This document shows positions 63,226 through 64,000 of a DNA stretch of 64,000 nt, piece by piece. Within the stretch, counting starts at the first letter, position 1; each line of letters begins with the position of its first letter. This DNA comes from Lama guanicoe (lineage: Eukaryota). Position numbers and translations under genes: made by a program. Where the stretch lies: NCBI GenBank assembly GCA_013239625.1, contig MU054001.1, positions 7,212,174-7,276,173 of the forward strand. The letters run 5' to 3'. Under the pieces are notes generated by a model. The model had not been told where the DNA came from. It worked only from the letters and a program-made list of their open reading frames with translations, and searched no databases.

Positions 63226-63319
63226 TTGATATAATTTTATATTCTATGCTTTTATGTAACATTATACCATATGTATTTTTCAGTTTGGCATAATCTTTTA
63301 TCTTTCTATTACAATGATT

Positions 63320-63376
63320 AATAATAATAATAATAATAACAACAACAACAACAACAACAATAATAATAATAATAAT
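63320..63376. repeat. Compound microsatellite (AAT)6(AAC)7(AAT)6
   Basis: Direct read. Confidence 0.95.
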
Positions 63377-63841
63377 TTTAATTATTCTCCTCCCCTTGGG
63401 TAACCAGTATGAATAGCCTGGTGGGGAGTGCTGATGCTGTATGTCATCTTGCTTGTTTGTGGTAAATCAGGCTTTCCTGTGCCTTTCAGCAAACTGGCAA
63501 TGCTGAGTGTGGGCGTCAGAGGGAGGAATGTAAATGCTGGAAGAGGCTTAGAGAAATCTAGTCCCAGTTCTGCATTGTTGGCTGAGGAATTGGAGCCCAG
63601 GGAGAGGGGCTGACTTGAGCAGCTAACTCACTCAGAAAGCTGGTGTTGGGGACAGGACCAAATCCAAGCCAGCCAGCTCCTGTGCCAGAGATGAGTTTCT
63701 GTCATGACTGTAAGCCTACTATGGAGTGTTGTTAAACTTCATTCTCTTATCAGGTACTTGAGAGTGAGAATGAGGTGGGGAGCAAATGGTATGAGGTCTG
63801 TAATGTTGGTGCTTAGATTATTGTCCAGACTTTTAAGAATA

Positions 63842-63984
63842 TAGTTATAGCTTGTAATAACCTTTAATGAAAACAGATATATGTGTGTGTAATGTACAGA
63901 TACACACACACACGACTGGGACATAATGCTGTACACCAGAAATTGACACATTGTACCTGACTGTACTTCAATTAAAAAAGAAAA
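63842..63984 (+). mobile_element. Short LINE-1 3' end
   Basis: 'gactgggacataatgctgtacaccagaaattgacacattgtacctgactgtacttcaattaaaaaag' is the L1 terminus; taagaata is duplicated on both sides. Confidence 0.8.
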
Positions 63985-64000
63985 CTCTAAGAATAAGGTT

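Overview
This is mammalian euchromatic DNA, most likely camelid. It carries six copies of a short tRNA-derived SINE matching the camelid Vic-1 pattern, and lineage-specific LINE-1 3' ends. I recognise no host protein-coding exon, RNA gene or CRISPR array; the only ORFs resembling a known protein are L1 ORF2 fragments. The window is a mosaic of young L1/SINE insertions (many with readable target-site duplications, TSDs), one young class-II (ERVK-like) solo LTR, ancient eutherian repeats (MIR, L2, MLT1, LTR16/LTR33, hAT MERs), microsatellites and repeat-free stretches that may be enhancers. Twenty of 23 young retro-insertions lie on the minus strand, which suggests a large intron of a + strand gene. 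The most notable observations are: an L1 3' transduction whose donor polyA signal is broken; two L1 copies sharing a swapped 3' terminus; an L1 fused to an mRNA-like 3' end; a nested head-to-head L1 pair forming a ~1 kb inverted repeat; a short templated copy of a SINE junction; a candidate cryptic exon behind a UG tract; and a dense GATA/E-box/RUNX cluster. I found no convincing new biological system. Repeat family names come from recalled consensus resemblance and need RepeatMasker/Dfam confirmation.
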